Program-made: the position numbers and the translations under genes | Assembly: GCA_963729045.1 (NCBI GenBank) | Contig: CAVSMN010000008.1 | Span: 36,444 to 100,443, forward strand | Length of the DNA stretch: 64,000 nucleotides | Source of the DNA: an uncultured Nitrososphaeraceae archaeon | GTDB lineage: Archaea; Thermoproteota; Nitrososphaeria; Nitrososphaerales; Nitrososphaeraceae | Direction of reading: 5' to 3' | Notes under the pieces: model-generated | What the model was told of the DNA's origin: nothing | Database searches by the model: none | The model's input: only the letters and a program-made list of their open reading frames with translations | Shown: piece by piece, positions 32,489-43,542 of the stretch | Layout: each line of letters starts with the position of its first letter | How positions within the stretch are numbered: the stretch's first letter is position 1

Positions 32489-33295
32489 TTACTTTTTAAC
32501 AGCCTTGATGGAGATACTAGTAATTTGTCTTTTTTCTTGATTTTCTTGTTCTTTGCCTTCATCTAACTCCATATATAATTTCTCTTCTAGTATCTCAATG
32601 TTGGTAAATCCAGCTTTTTTAATACTATCAATGTAGTTTTCTTTTGTTAATGCACCATCAATACAACTGCACCAATTATCCGTATTAACAGAATCTAGAT
32701 CTATTTCCTTAGAAGTAACTAGATCTGATATAACCATTTTTCCTTTTCCTTCTGATTTAAGGATTCGGTAAATTTCTTTGAACGTATTTTCCTTATTTGT
32801 TGTTAGATTAATAACGCAGTTGCTAATAACTAAGTCAACAAAATTATCTTCAACAGGTATTCTTTGTTCAATATCTCCCTGTCTGAACTCGACGTTGGTA
32901 TATCCATGTTTTTCAGCATTTTCTCTTGCTTTGTTGAGCATATTTTTTGTCATATCAATTCCAATGACTTTTCCGCTTTCTTTTACCAAATTGGCTGCAA
33001 GAAATACGTCAATCCCTGCTCCTGAACCTAAGTCGACTACGTTATCACCTTCATTAATATCTGCAAATCTAGTGGGATTTCCACATCCTACTCCTAATAC
33101 AGAAGTTTCAGGAATCAACTTTAGTTTATCTGAATCATACCCCACAGTCTTTGATGATTCAAATGGAGAAAGTATAATTTCAGATGTACCGCAGCAGTCC
33201 TTAGAGGGCATACAACAAGAATTAGAATTTCCGTCTAGTGCAATCTTTCCATATTGTTCTTTAATCTTCTCCTTTAATTGTAATTGTTTATCCAT
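32489..33295 (-). CDS. arsM: Arsenite S-adenosylmethionine methyltransferase
   Basis: N-terminal CC pairs, LGVGCGNP, VDLGSGAGID, ISNCVINL, WCSCIDGA. Confidence 0.9.
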   Translation of the reverse strand: MDKQLQLKEKIKEQYGKIALDGNSNSCCMPSKDCCGTSEIILSPFESSKTVGYDSDKLKLIPETSVLGVGCGNPTRFADINEGDNVVDLGSGAGIDVFLAANLVKESGKVIGIDMTKNMLNKARENAEKHGYTNVEFRQGDIEQRIPVEDNFVDLVISNCVINLTTNKENTFKEIYRILKSEGKGKMVISDLVTSKEIDLDSVNTDNWCSCIDGALTKENYIDSIKKAGFTNIEILEEKLYMELDEGKEQENQEKRQITSISIKAVKK

Positions 33296-33352
33296 AGATA
33301 TAGGTTTACAAAGGAAACTATTTAAATTGGTAAGAGTAAAATGGTAAAGTAA

Positions 33353-33778
33353 GTGAAGTCAAGGAAACTAAAGGGAGACATACTGAATAAAGCCACATTG
33401 GAATCAAGTAAATTACCTATCCTCAAGGAAAATAATTCTTGTAATTTCTATGGTTATGATGTGGAAAATCTAATGAAAGAAACATCTGAATTAAGAAAGA
33501 TAATTACTAAGAGAGGGACGTTAGAAATATTGATTCCTCTTTGCTGTTCTACTGACCCAGTCAGATACTTGACATTTAGAAAGTCAATGAAAGGTTTCAG
33601 CAGTAAGACTCTCACAATACGATTAAAGGAGTTGGAAAAAAGTGGTATCTTAAACAGACAATCCTTTAATGAGATTCCTCCCAGAGTGGAATACCGGTTA
33701 ACTCCGAAAGGTCAAGAACTTGTGGAATCTATAATTAATTTACTTCAATGGATGCGAAAATGGTCCGTAAACAATTAA
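33353..33778 (+). CDS. HxlR-family winged-helix regulator, divergent from the ars genes
   Basis: SSKTLTIRLKELE...EIPPRVEYRLTPKG; contains a CC pair. Confidence 0.88.
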   Translation: MKSRKLKGDILNKATLESSKLPILKENNSCNFYGYDVENLMKETSELRKIITKRGTLEILIPLCCSTDPVRYLTFRKSMKGFSSKTLTIRLKELEKSGILNRQSFNEIPPRVEYRLTPKGQELVESIINLLQWMRKWSVNN

Positions 33779-33785
33779 TCAATAG

Positions 33786-35382
33786 ATCTCTTGCGTAATT
33801 AATCCAAACAGCTTTTATGAAAAGATGTGTGAATATATCGCAATTTCTGTAAATTATTTTAAAGATAATACAAGAAGAAAAATCAAACGAATATTTGTCT
33901 TGCAAATGAGGTTGAATATGTTGTTGACCGTTTGATTTGCTTATAAATGGAACCGTGTATAGATATATTAAGGAAAATTAATTAAGGGTTTGTGTCTCAA
34001 GTGACACAGGTTAATTTTTCTCATATATGCAAATTTTCCTACTACCGATAATAAAATTCAATCCAATCACCCGATTGTGCACTAATATTAGATAATATAT
34101 TAACCAAGTTATATAAAGATATAAAGATAAAAGGGAATCTGCATTAGTTGCAGGGTTTTTATAATATCAAAAAATTAGGTTGATGTTTTATAATCATTTG
34201 ACCGATATTTAACACGGCTCATAATTCTTGCTGGTTTTTATTAAAATTCCTAATTATCTTACAAAATTGAGTTAATCAGATCTTACATAGTTAGCCAAAC
34301 AGCTTTATGTCCTTATATCTTTTAGATAAGCCTGTCCTTCCTTTCTTCCTTCCTTTGCTATCGTATGGTATGAAAGGTTATCCACAAAACCATTACTTAC
34401 TTTTCAAATCGTTCACTGGTCTTTTAATCAAACAGTTTGATGACATCTATCAAACGATAGAATCAAAATACCAAACATGATAAAACGTCTTCTGTCTCGT
34501 AGAAAAGATAGAAAAAGAGATAGAAAGAGAGAAAGATCAGGAGGGGACAGGGAGGAAGGCAGTTTAAGCTAGACATAAAAAACAGGTTTGTTATGATTTT
34601 GGTTTACTATAACTATACATAACCTATACCTTGACCTTGACCTGACTTTGACCGGATACCTGTTTGATTTAAACCAGAGTAACGTATGTAGAGACATTCA
34701 AAAGATTGATGGCTTGATAAGACAGTGTACCCATTCCTCAAAAACTATCAGATGACCAAAAGATTGAACAGACCAGAGGAGGAAGTTGAAGCAGTACTTT
34801 CCAGGCTTTATGGCTTTAGACTGTACAGAGCAAGAAATACCAAGACCAAAGGACAGGATGAGAAGAAAAATATACTACTCTGGCAAGAAGAAAAAACATA
34901 CAGTAAAGAATCTACACAGTAAACGAACTCGGTCTTAATCTACAAATCAAAACATAAGCTAGGTAGGTAGGTAGGTAGGAGACATGATTACAAAATATAC
35001 AAGAAGAATCATCCTGTTATCCCAAAAGATGTTATTAATACATTTGATCTAGGATTCCTGGGCTGGGAGTACAAAAAGACTATCCAAAACAAAACCTCTT
35101 TACCGATAAGAAAGAAAGAAAAGAATCAAAAGGATCTAACAGAAGAGGAAAAGGAATACAACAAAGATCTCTAAAAGAAGGATAATAGTAGTCGAACATA
35201 CCATCTGCAGGATAAAAAAGTACAGGATGATGAATGATGTGTTTAGGAATAGATTAAGAAAGTACGATAAGACATCGGACATAGTATCAGGACTGGTAAA
35301 CTATAGGATAATGAATTCGTTAGGCTAGTTGGACGATATTGGATAGGAGACGGAGCTAGCCAGTTTTAATTACGCAAGAGAT
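33786..35382 (+). mobile_element. IS5-family-like insertion sequence, decayed
   Basis: Perfect 17-bp inverted ends ATCTCTTGCGTAATTAA (33786-33802) / TTAATTACGCAAGAGAT (35366-35382) around transposase fragments. Confidence 0.85.
34345..35325 (+). pseudogene. DDE transposase (IS5-like, DDE_Tnp_4 type), fragmented
   Basis: LLFKSFTGL, LFDLNQSNVCRDI, DCTEQEIPRPK, YYSGKKKKHTVK, DLGFLG, VEHTICRIKKYRMMNDVFRNRL. Confidence 0.85.
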
Positions 35383-35497
35383 TGAATATACGATACTGCG
35401 GAATGAGATTTATGTATTAAATACTAAGTTTTAACAGCTAATCGATCTACTTTGTAAAATGAATAGCTGAGTCCCGTCAAACAAACGGTCCTATATT

Positions 35498-36070
35498 CTA
35501 GTAAGGTGTTTGTCCCGGAACGTTGCCCGGCGGGTTATAGCGACATACTAGAAAGTCCATTTGACCACTACTGGCGAATCCACAACCAATCTCTTGGGTG
35601 TTCTTCCAGACCATTGCAGTGTAATGGCCGATACCTGGCCCGGAACGTTGTCCGGAGTTATATTTCGCCTTTTCGTCAGCCCACAATTGGGCAAGTTCCC
35701 CTGGTGAATTGAAATCCGCGACCCCAGACGCAATGTTCTCGTTTTTGGCACCGTGTGGAGTAGTATCGCATACGGGCTTGGGTGGTACTAGCTCGGCTCG
35801 CGCGGGATCACATACAAGTCCGAGCGTCGTCAAATGATTCGCCCAACTTTGGGCGTCGGCTGCAAGACTGCTGCTCCACGTTAGCGGTGGAACTCTAACG
35901 GCATCGCGCTCATCGTTATGGATATTCAGCATGTCATTTTCGAGATCCGTATTTGACTGTGCGTATGAAAGCTGCACCACCGACGATAACACTGTCAAGA
36001 GCGTCGTTATAACAAAAATCAATATTATTTCTTTAGATACTTTATGATACATAATTTGTAATTGATTCAT
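35498..36070 (-). CDS. Secreted CAP/SCP (PR-1-like) protein
   Basis: HNDER..V.VPPLTWS, ENIA, GHYTAMVW, IGCG, VCRYNPPGN. Confidence 0.92.
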   Translation of the reverse strand: MNQLQIMYHKVSKEIILIFVITTLLTVLSSVVQLSYAQSNTDLENDMLNIHNDERDAVRVPPLTWSSSLAADAQSWANHLTTLGLVCDPARAELVPPKPVCDTTPHGAKNENIASGVADFNSPGELAQLWADEKAKYNSGQRSGPGIGHYTAMVWKNTQEIGCGFASSGQMDFLVCRYNPPGNVPGQTPY

Positions 36071-36690
36071 GATGATTATTTATTTTTCGATCAGTTTACA
36101 TATAAAAGATATTTGCAGAGGATCTGTATGACAAGATTGTCCGATCCTGAAACCAAAGAAACTTGGAAGCAACATCATGGAGTTCCCAAGTTTAAAACTG
36201 ATGATAAGTTAGAACGAATAGACTATTTACTACGAACATGTCAAGAACAGTGGATGAACAGTGGATGAATAATGCAAGCGAAGGAGCTTGTAGATTTTTG
36301 CACCTAGTGTGGATGATTATATGAGGTTATTCATATGAGCGAGTAAACAAAGATCATGATAAAACTCACTCGACTGGTTTACCGACATTATGAGAAGGGA
36401 AAATGCAATTCGTCCATCATGTGTGCAAAATATTCGTCCATTTAAAAAATAGAGTACAGTATGAGTGCATACTTGCATTTACTCCTAATTAGTACTGTTA
36501 GAAGATATCAAGGGTTCACCAGTGATCGGGTCTCTACTACGGTTCAGAGCGGCCCCCAACCTTTCAAGAGAAGTAAATCCTATGGATAGATCTTTGAGGC
36601 TTTATGGAAAATTGATGTTGTCCTGACTGGAAATTGTCTTGACCACATATCATTTTTTTAAATTCAGAAGTTAAATGATCTATTTTATTG

Positions 36691-36739
36691 TAAGACTACA
36701 TGTCTGAAAGACGGAGATTCTAGTCTCAACGTCATTTGG
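36691..36739 (+). repeat. Family A site A8 (degenerate)
   Basis: TAAGACTACATGTCTGAAAGACGGAGATTCTAGTCTCAACGTCATTTGG. Confidence 0.7.
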
Positions 36740-36781
36740 TCTATTTATCATTGAAATATGGAACTGTTGTTGTTATTTGTA

Positions 36782-37765
36782 TTAGTGACTGTTGATAGAA
36801 TCGATCTTTAGAACTGTTGCCAATACCAACTTAGTAACTGCAGTTAAATAGTTCCAATTTATAAATTCCGGCAGGTCCGAGGATGAATGATAGCGTGGAT
36901 TTTTTTTCGGATCTGCAGATCCATCGTAAGCACCTATTACTACATGTCCACTTGCTTCGAAAGGTTCATAGTCACTGTCATATATGGAATCCAAATGGAA
37001 TTTAAGATTAACCTCTGAGGCTAAATCTTTCATAACTTCTCCAAACACTATAGATTTAAGATCGTTTTCTCTAACCTTGTTGTGATTCAGATCCATATTA
37101 TCATCTCTTTCAATGATTACAGTATTATCTGCAAAAAATGGATACCCAATCATGTCAAGGTTAATTAGTCTATACAAATCCATCTTGTTATTTTCGATGT
37201 ATTTCGCGTAGCTTTTGGATCCCAATAGCCCCTGTTCTTCTCCAGAGAAAAGAACGAATTGGAGAGAATGTTGAAGGTTCTCATTTGCTAAAACTCTTGC
37301 TATTTCGATGATGGCGCTTACGCCACTAGCGTTATCATTTGCTCCCGGAGCACGACTATTTGAATCTCCCTTATTCTCCATAATACAATCATAATGAGCG
37401 CAAATGATAATCAATTTTTTATCAAAACCATTCTTATTGCATATTATGTTTCTAAGTCTAAACTCTTTATCATCAATGGTTGATTTAAAGGAATGATAAA
37501 AAGAATCCTTGTAACCTGATCCTCTAAATTGATTCATTATCCAATCACTAGCGTCATTCAAGAGAGGTGATTTTGAATGTCTAGTATGAAATTTAGATAA
37601 GCTGGTCAGATTTTGTCTTAACTTATCGGTATTCACTTGATCTAATACTGAACGGGTATGTGTTTCGATCCTATCAGCGGTTATTTTTTGATTACCACTA
37701 AATGGCTTTTTAGCAAGCATTCTGTTGCTTTCTACTGAAAGACGAATCGATACTTGAATATTCAC
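36782..37765 (-). CDS. M28 family metallopeptidase (N-terminus possibly frameshifted from ATG ~37917)
   Basis: CAHYD, PGANDNASG, FSGEEQGLLGS, NLDMIG, SDYEPF, YHSSSD. Confidence 0.9.
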   Translation of the reverse strand: MNIQVSIRLSVESNRMLAKKPFSGNQKITADRIETHTRSVLDQVNTDKLRQNLTSLSKFHTRHSKSPLLNDASDWIMNQFRGSGYKDSFYHSFKSTIDDKEFRLRNIICNKNGFDKKLIIICAHYDCIMENKGDSNSRAPGANDNASGVSAIIEIARVLANENLQHSLQFVLFSGEEQGLLGSKSYAKYIENNKMDLYRLINLDMIGYPFFADNTVIIERDDNMDLNHNKVRENDLKSIVFGEVMKDLASEVNLKFHLDSIYDSDYEPFEASGHVVIGAYDGSADPKKNPRYHSSSDLPEFINWNYLTAVTKLVLATVLKIDSINSH

Positions 37766-38023
37766 TCATTTCAAAAGCTTCCAATGCAATTATTACGTAT
37801 ATATTCGAATACCATACAGAATATCCTAGTAGAACGTTGGTAATGAATCTTCACTAACTCGATTGCTTTTAAAGCGAGTTCAATTAAATGGTTTTTGGGT
37901 TTGTTTACCAATCTCATACTAATACAATAGTGAAAGGTATTATTTAAATTTATAGAACTAGAGATTTGTTAATGGATAAAGATCATTGTATTTTTTGCAT
38001 AATTAAATATTGGGTTTAAGTAT

Positions 38024-38070
38024 CGAAGTTGGACCCCAAGTCTGAAAAACAGAGATTCGAGTCCCAGCCC
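38024..38070 (+). repeat. Family A site A9
   Basis: CGAAGTTGGACCCCAAGTCTGAAAAACAGAGATTCGAGTCCCAGCCC. Confidence 0.8.
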
Positions 38071-38101
38071 TATCTTTTTTTCGTTTTGTAAATAGAGAAA
38101 C

Positions 38102-38586
38102 TTAATCAAAAATAAATCTCCAGTTGTAATTGCTTTCTAACAAATGAACTTTAATTGGATCAAACTCTATAGACTTTCTATTATCATCAATCTTGGAAAG
38201 TCCTAATTCTCTAAAAAAGTTTTCCAATCCTCCTGGAGCATATGTTACAAGTAGTTTGCCCTGATCATTTCCAATTTTTCTATAAGAATGACTTTTATCT
38301 TTTTCAAATCTTAACACCGTATCCTTATTTCCTTTTAAGGTTTCTTTTCCGCATCTAAAGAGAAAATTGCCTTCAATCACGTGCATTACCAATGCTTCGT
38401 TTCCGTGCTTGTGTAAAGGTACTTCTGACTCTTCACCTGGAGGAAAGGTAATTTCAATTATCGAATATTATTCTCAGTTTGATTGCCAGATACAAGAATT
38501 TTAAAGATTATCCCATTAAGATTATATTGCCTATTTAATTTGTTGTAGTCTTGGGAAAAGGCTTTGATATCCTTTTTATCGCTCAT
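38102..38586 (-). pseudogene. Cupin domain protein, copy 2 (frameshift near 38470)
   Basis: Long stretches identical at DNA level to 20692..21177. Confidence 0.88.
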
Positions 38587-38735
38587 CACTCATCATTTAC
38601 TTATTTGGGAACATTAATATTTAAATAATTGTAGAATCTTACAACTAGGTTCAGAAAATTTTGTAGTCTGTAGAACTCAAGAAGATATATATAGACTCAT
38701 GCTTTTAGAATTGACTGAACTTTTTGGTGTGTACT

Positions 38736-38924
38736 TTATGAATGAACACTAATTCCACACTTGGTGCAACTGGATATTTCAGATTCAGAACATATCATAG
38801 TATTTACGTCGAATTTTACCTTTGCATTTTGACGGATTTGGATTTTGTATAATTTCTGACACCTAATGCAATTGAGAAATAATGTGAAATACCCCTTTTC
38901 CTCCCCCACTTCTTTAATTTTCAT
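38736..38924 (-). CDS. Small putative zinc-binding protein
   Basis: CIRC...CTKC in 62 aa. Confidence 0.45.
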   Translation of the reverse strand: MKIKEVGEEKGYFTLFLNCIRCQKLYKIQIRQNAKVKFDVNTMICSESEISSCTKCGISVHS

Positions 38925-39406
38925 TATACGATTAATTATGTCTATTACTTTTTTGACATTGATTTGTTATGTAGATAGAGTAGGAGTAATAATATCAACA
39001 TTTTTTCTCGAGACTTTGGACCTGCAAATATGGAACGTAAAAGATAAACTACCTTTCTTTGTTTAGAATCAAGGCAAATTCAAGGATCAGATTGAGGACG
39101 AGTTTAAAGAGATATCAATTGGAGAAATAACTCCACTTATATGAAAGGAACTAATATTCATTTCAACAGCAACTTATTATTCACCAGATCTTTTGTCAAC
39201 TTGTTATCTTTAGCAAAGATTTGTAATTTGTCTCTATATCACAAATCATAATATTATCTCAAGACTAAGAGATACCAAAACAATACAATGGCACGTTAAT
39301 ATTCCAATTATTTCAAGCATTTGATATATGTTTCAAAATAAGACTAATTTGAAATTGAATTGAATACTTAAATATACTTTTATACTGCTTTAGGAATTGT
39401 ATCTGA

Positions 39407-40809
39407 TTGGAAAAATTGCAACTATACAGTTTTCTTTTTAACAATAGGAAATTATCCATAATTACTGCAGCTGTTATAGTCGTTCTAATAATATTAAATC
39501 TACTAACTACCCGCCAAATCATTTACTTGAGTAATGCGGGCGAGATTGCTCTTTTTACACTTACAACAGTCTTTGGGTACGGCATTGGATCTTTAATCCT
39601 TTTGGGCTTTACCAGGCATATTACCAAGGATCTCTTAGAGAGGTCACTTTTGATGCGAATAATGCATATAATGGTTAGCGTTATTCAGTTTTCATTATTT
39701 GGAATTTTGCTCTTTATACTGTATACTAACATCACAAACTGTCCAGAATACTTTACTGTATGTAGTGGGACTGAACATCTTGTTATCGCCTTTAATGCAA
39801 TAGCATCCTTGACAACTGCCGCAATAATGGGAATAATTAGCTTTAAATTTTTTACATGGTATAAATTACATAAAAGAAACTTTGTGGTATTATTTTATGG
39901 TCTAGCAGCAACAGCACTTGCACTGTCTATATCAGGAGATGCTTTTGACAAGTTGATCCTTGTTCAAATAGTGAAGGAAGAATCCGCAGAAGGTGCAATT
40001 CCGACGGCCTCTTTTATTTACAAGGTTTTTGATGAATACGATGGTGCAATAATGTATAAAATAGTAAATCCTGATTACACTACGCTTTACTTAGTACCAA
40101 ATTCAAGTTTGGCCCTGTACAATCAAATTATTTATCTTACTTCATTAAGTCCATATATTCTGACTTGGATTGGAACTGCATTCTTGCTCGGTTACTACTA
40201 CAAGAAAACTCACAAGCTTGATTTCAAATTCTGGATAATCTTGGCTGCTCCCTTAGTCTTATATCTCATAGGTAGCGGATTAATATTTTCCCTGCCGGCA
40301 GATTTTCCATACAAATATTATTTTAGGTTGATATTTCGTGCAGGCACTATAGCAAGTAGTCTCCTATTTGGACTGGCATTTTATTTAGTTACTAAAAATT
40401 TAAAATCCCAGAAAGTCAAAGATTATTTGACAATTGCAGCTATGGGAATAACTGCAATTGGCATAGCAAACGAGATCTCTGCATTGCAACCGACCTATGG
40501 TGTAGCCGGTCATTCCTTGGTGTTATTATCCTCCTATTTATTTAGCATTGGATTGTATGCTTCCGCAATATCTTCTCTCATGATAACGATCTAAGGAGAT
40601 CTGTTAGAAAATCGATGTTAGAGCTTGTTCATGATATAGGAACTGCGCAGATGGAAGAAGAGATACAAAAGGCAAGAAACATAGTAATGAAAAAGGCTCA
40701 TGAACGTGAGATAGAAATGCAACGTCAAACCGGTGTTTCCCCCTCAATACAGGAGGCTGAAATTAAGAAATATCTAGAGGAGGTCATTGATGAAATCAAA
40801 ACTAAATGA
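39407..40809 (+). pseudogene. Polytopic membrane protein (thaumarchaeal sensor-like), frameshift near 40580
   Basis: ORFs 39407..40594 and 40615..40809 are collinear; SAIS..HDNDLRRSVRKSMLELVHDIGTAQME. Confidence 0.7.
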
Positions 40810-40959
40810 AAATCTAGTCCCATAGTAGACTTTCTGTAACTTACAAAGTGGGAATTAGAATTCTAAATATTAATGATATATGAATTCTTTCTAAAGTAAT
40901 GTATTAAGGATTTCCATTTCAATTAAAATCAATTTTTTATTAACACTAATGCTTTTTTT

Positions 40960-41010
40960 GTAAGCCACCATGTCTGAAAGACAGAGATTCGGGTCTCCCA
41001 ACTTCGTCTT
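40960..41010 (+). repeat. Family A site A10
   Basis: GTAAGCCACCATGTCTGAAAGACAGAGATTCGGGTCTCCCAACTTCGTCTT. Confidence 0.8.
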
Positions 41011-41196
41011 GCTTTATTTTTATCTCTTACAGTATTTTCAAGTTCTTATTCTTCCAAGAAAAAAAGATAGGAGAATACCTAGCCTTTTTGATGGAAACAG
41101 AAGTTCCCATATTAAGCTATTTCTCATATATACCACTTACTCTTTAGGAACTCATGGCATTATCCAAAGTAACTACTTCACTTTTTGTCAGAACTG

Positions 41197-41658
41197 TCAT
41201 TCTTTTTTGTACGAAATTTTTGGGAAAATCTCTCGTTTTAGTACATCTCTTTCTATAGATAATCTGCCAGGTCCCGATAATAACAGACTAATTGAAATAA
41301 ACATCAATAACAAATCAACTTCGAAACCACCTTGTCCCATAAAACCATTGTCTGCTTTCACTATAAGGACAGCACAAATCATTTCTATAGTAAAAAGAAT
41401 CGCGGTTATTCTTGTAAGTAGTCCAACTATTAATAATACTCCTCCTATTACTTCTAGTAGCCCTATTAGTAGAGCTAAATCTGCAGGAATACCAACGGAA
41501 GCAAAGAAGCCTTGTGTGCCTTGTAAATTTTCAAATTTTGGTAAACCATGGATTATAAAGGCAATTCCAGCCATTATTCTTATAGGCAAAGGAGCGAACG
41601 CAGAAATTTTTTCTAAATGCATCACTAAAAAAGGAAAATCATCCTTTTTATATTTCAT
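41197..41658 (-). CDS. DoxX family membrane protein
   Basis: RIMAGIAFIIHGLPKF, EVIGGVLLIVGLLTR, GPGRLSIE. Confidence 0.92.
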   Translation of the reverse strand: MKYKKDDFPFLVMHLEKISAFAPLPIRIMAGIAFIIHGLPKFENLQGTQGFFASVGIPADLALLIGLLEVIGGVLLIVGLLTRITAILFTIEMICAVLIVKADNGFMGQGGFEVDLLLMFISISLLLSGPGRLSIERDVLKREIFPKISYKKE

Positions 41659-42068
41659 TAATTTTATTATTTCAGAATCCCCACTAAGTGACTAAGTTCT
41701 GCTGACAGGAGAAAATTATTTTTGAAAAATGATTAGGTTTTTCAAATAATTCTCGGACACATCTCTCGATATCATCAACAAATATCTTGTAGTTTGTATT
41801 GAATTCCCTAAAAGAATCGCGGGACCAATTAATATTTTTGATTAGTATTTTGTATTTCATTCTGGAAATTGTTTTGATAAGATAAATCATTCACCAAAAT
41901 CAAAATAAAGAAGTTGCTAAGTTACTAGATTTACATCCGGAATTAGGATGGCTTATAGTCTTGAATGGGAAACTATTTTTGTTTCATTTATTCAATAAAA
42001 TTTTCTTTTACTATAATTGTAATTGTAATGAAAAGATTTATAATTTCAACAAGTCGACATCAGACTAT

Positions 42069-43436
42069 CCTATATTGCTTCTAAAGCATTACAATTATTT
42101 TCAATCATTGTAATTTTGATGGTATCTCTGCCTTCCATGTCTTCATCAACGAACATTTATCCAGGAGTTGATTTGGGAATGTAGATTCTATATTTGCTCA
42201 ATCTTTTGCTAAATAATAATGACATAATTCAATTTACAAGCACATCAATTTTCATAGATGACTTGGGTGATTTTCATGTTATAGGAAGTAAACAATACCT
42301 CATTTGATCCTCAAACAAATATTGTAATTACAACAATTTTGTCCAATACAACAAACAATACTATACTAGGCAATCATTCTGCTTTCTCATTAATAGGTAC
42401 CCTGAGACATGGAGAATCCTCTCCATTTGATATATTGATACATGACCATCAAATAGTAGGAAAATTTAACTTTATTGAATTCTCTACTAGTTCTCAACCT
42501 GCAATAGAAAAACCGTGAAATCTTATTTTAAACGGTAGTAGTCCCTTCTTTGACAATGTTGGTAATCCTCATATCACAGGCAATATAATTAACAAAGGAC
42601 AATTCCCAGAACAATTCTTAAATCTTGTTGCAACATTTTATGACGACTCTAGTCTTGGTATAGTTGGAACTCAAGGTTTTGGACTAAATGTTGCTAATTT
42701 GTCTCAGAATCAAATGGCTCCATTTGATATCATCATTACCGACAATAAGACTAAATCCCAAGCTGCATTCTATTCACTTAACGTAGATTCAACTCAAAAT
42801 TCTATGAGTCCTCCATTTAATCCCAAGTTTACATTTGATAATGGTGGAACTACAACTGAACAATTTATTACTGGTGGATTGTTTGTTACTCCTTCTCCTT
42901 TTCCTTTGGTAAATAATAATCAAGGGTCTAACGATAACGATAACGATAACGATAAAGATGAAAACTCGGGGTCAAGTGGTAGCAACGGTCGAGGACATAG
43001 TAATGGCAATGATTTAAACTATGAGGACATTGACGATAGAAACTTCCCGGTTGGAGGTAATGATCCAAATAACCTTGATGCTGATGGCGATGGCATTGGT
43101 TGTGAAACTAATGAAGGGAATGATAACCAAACAAATAATGATGATGAACAACAACCAGAACAAACAACAAATCCACGAAATGATCCTAAGTATGATTCAA
43201 TTGACTGGCAAGATGATAACCCAGATAAGAACCTGACAATCGAAGTGATGGATGAAATTTTAGAAGAGCAACAAAGTGAAGAACAGGAAAATTCGGGAAA
43301 TGATATACAACAAGAGCAGGATACGTCCAACAATGGAAGTGATGATGGCGGAGAATCTACCGATGAAACTGCAAATGAAGAAAACGATGATGAATCAGAT
43401 AGTAATGAGGAGGAGGAGGAGGAGGAAAATAATTAG
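42069..43436 (+). pseudogene. Secreted FxLYD-domain protein with Excalibur-like motif and acidic tail, copy 2
   Basis: Homologous to 17009..18715 including upstream AAAAGATTTATAATTTCA; frameshifts and a TGA before intact ORF 42699..43436. Confidence 0.78.
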
Positions 43437-43542
43437 TGATCACTATTGATGTAAGATGAAACTAAACTAGACAAGTAGATGTTGTAGAATAACCCTACTT
43501 ATTTTTTGTATATTTATATATCGAATATAATAATAATCAGTA

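Noticed and set aside
32778..33347. 189-aa plus-strand ORF
   Set aside because: Antisense shadow of arsM.
40970..41695. 241-aa plus-strand ORF
   Set aside because: Antisense shadow of DoxX, starting inside site A10.
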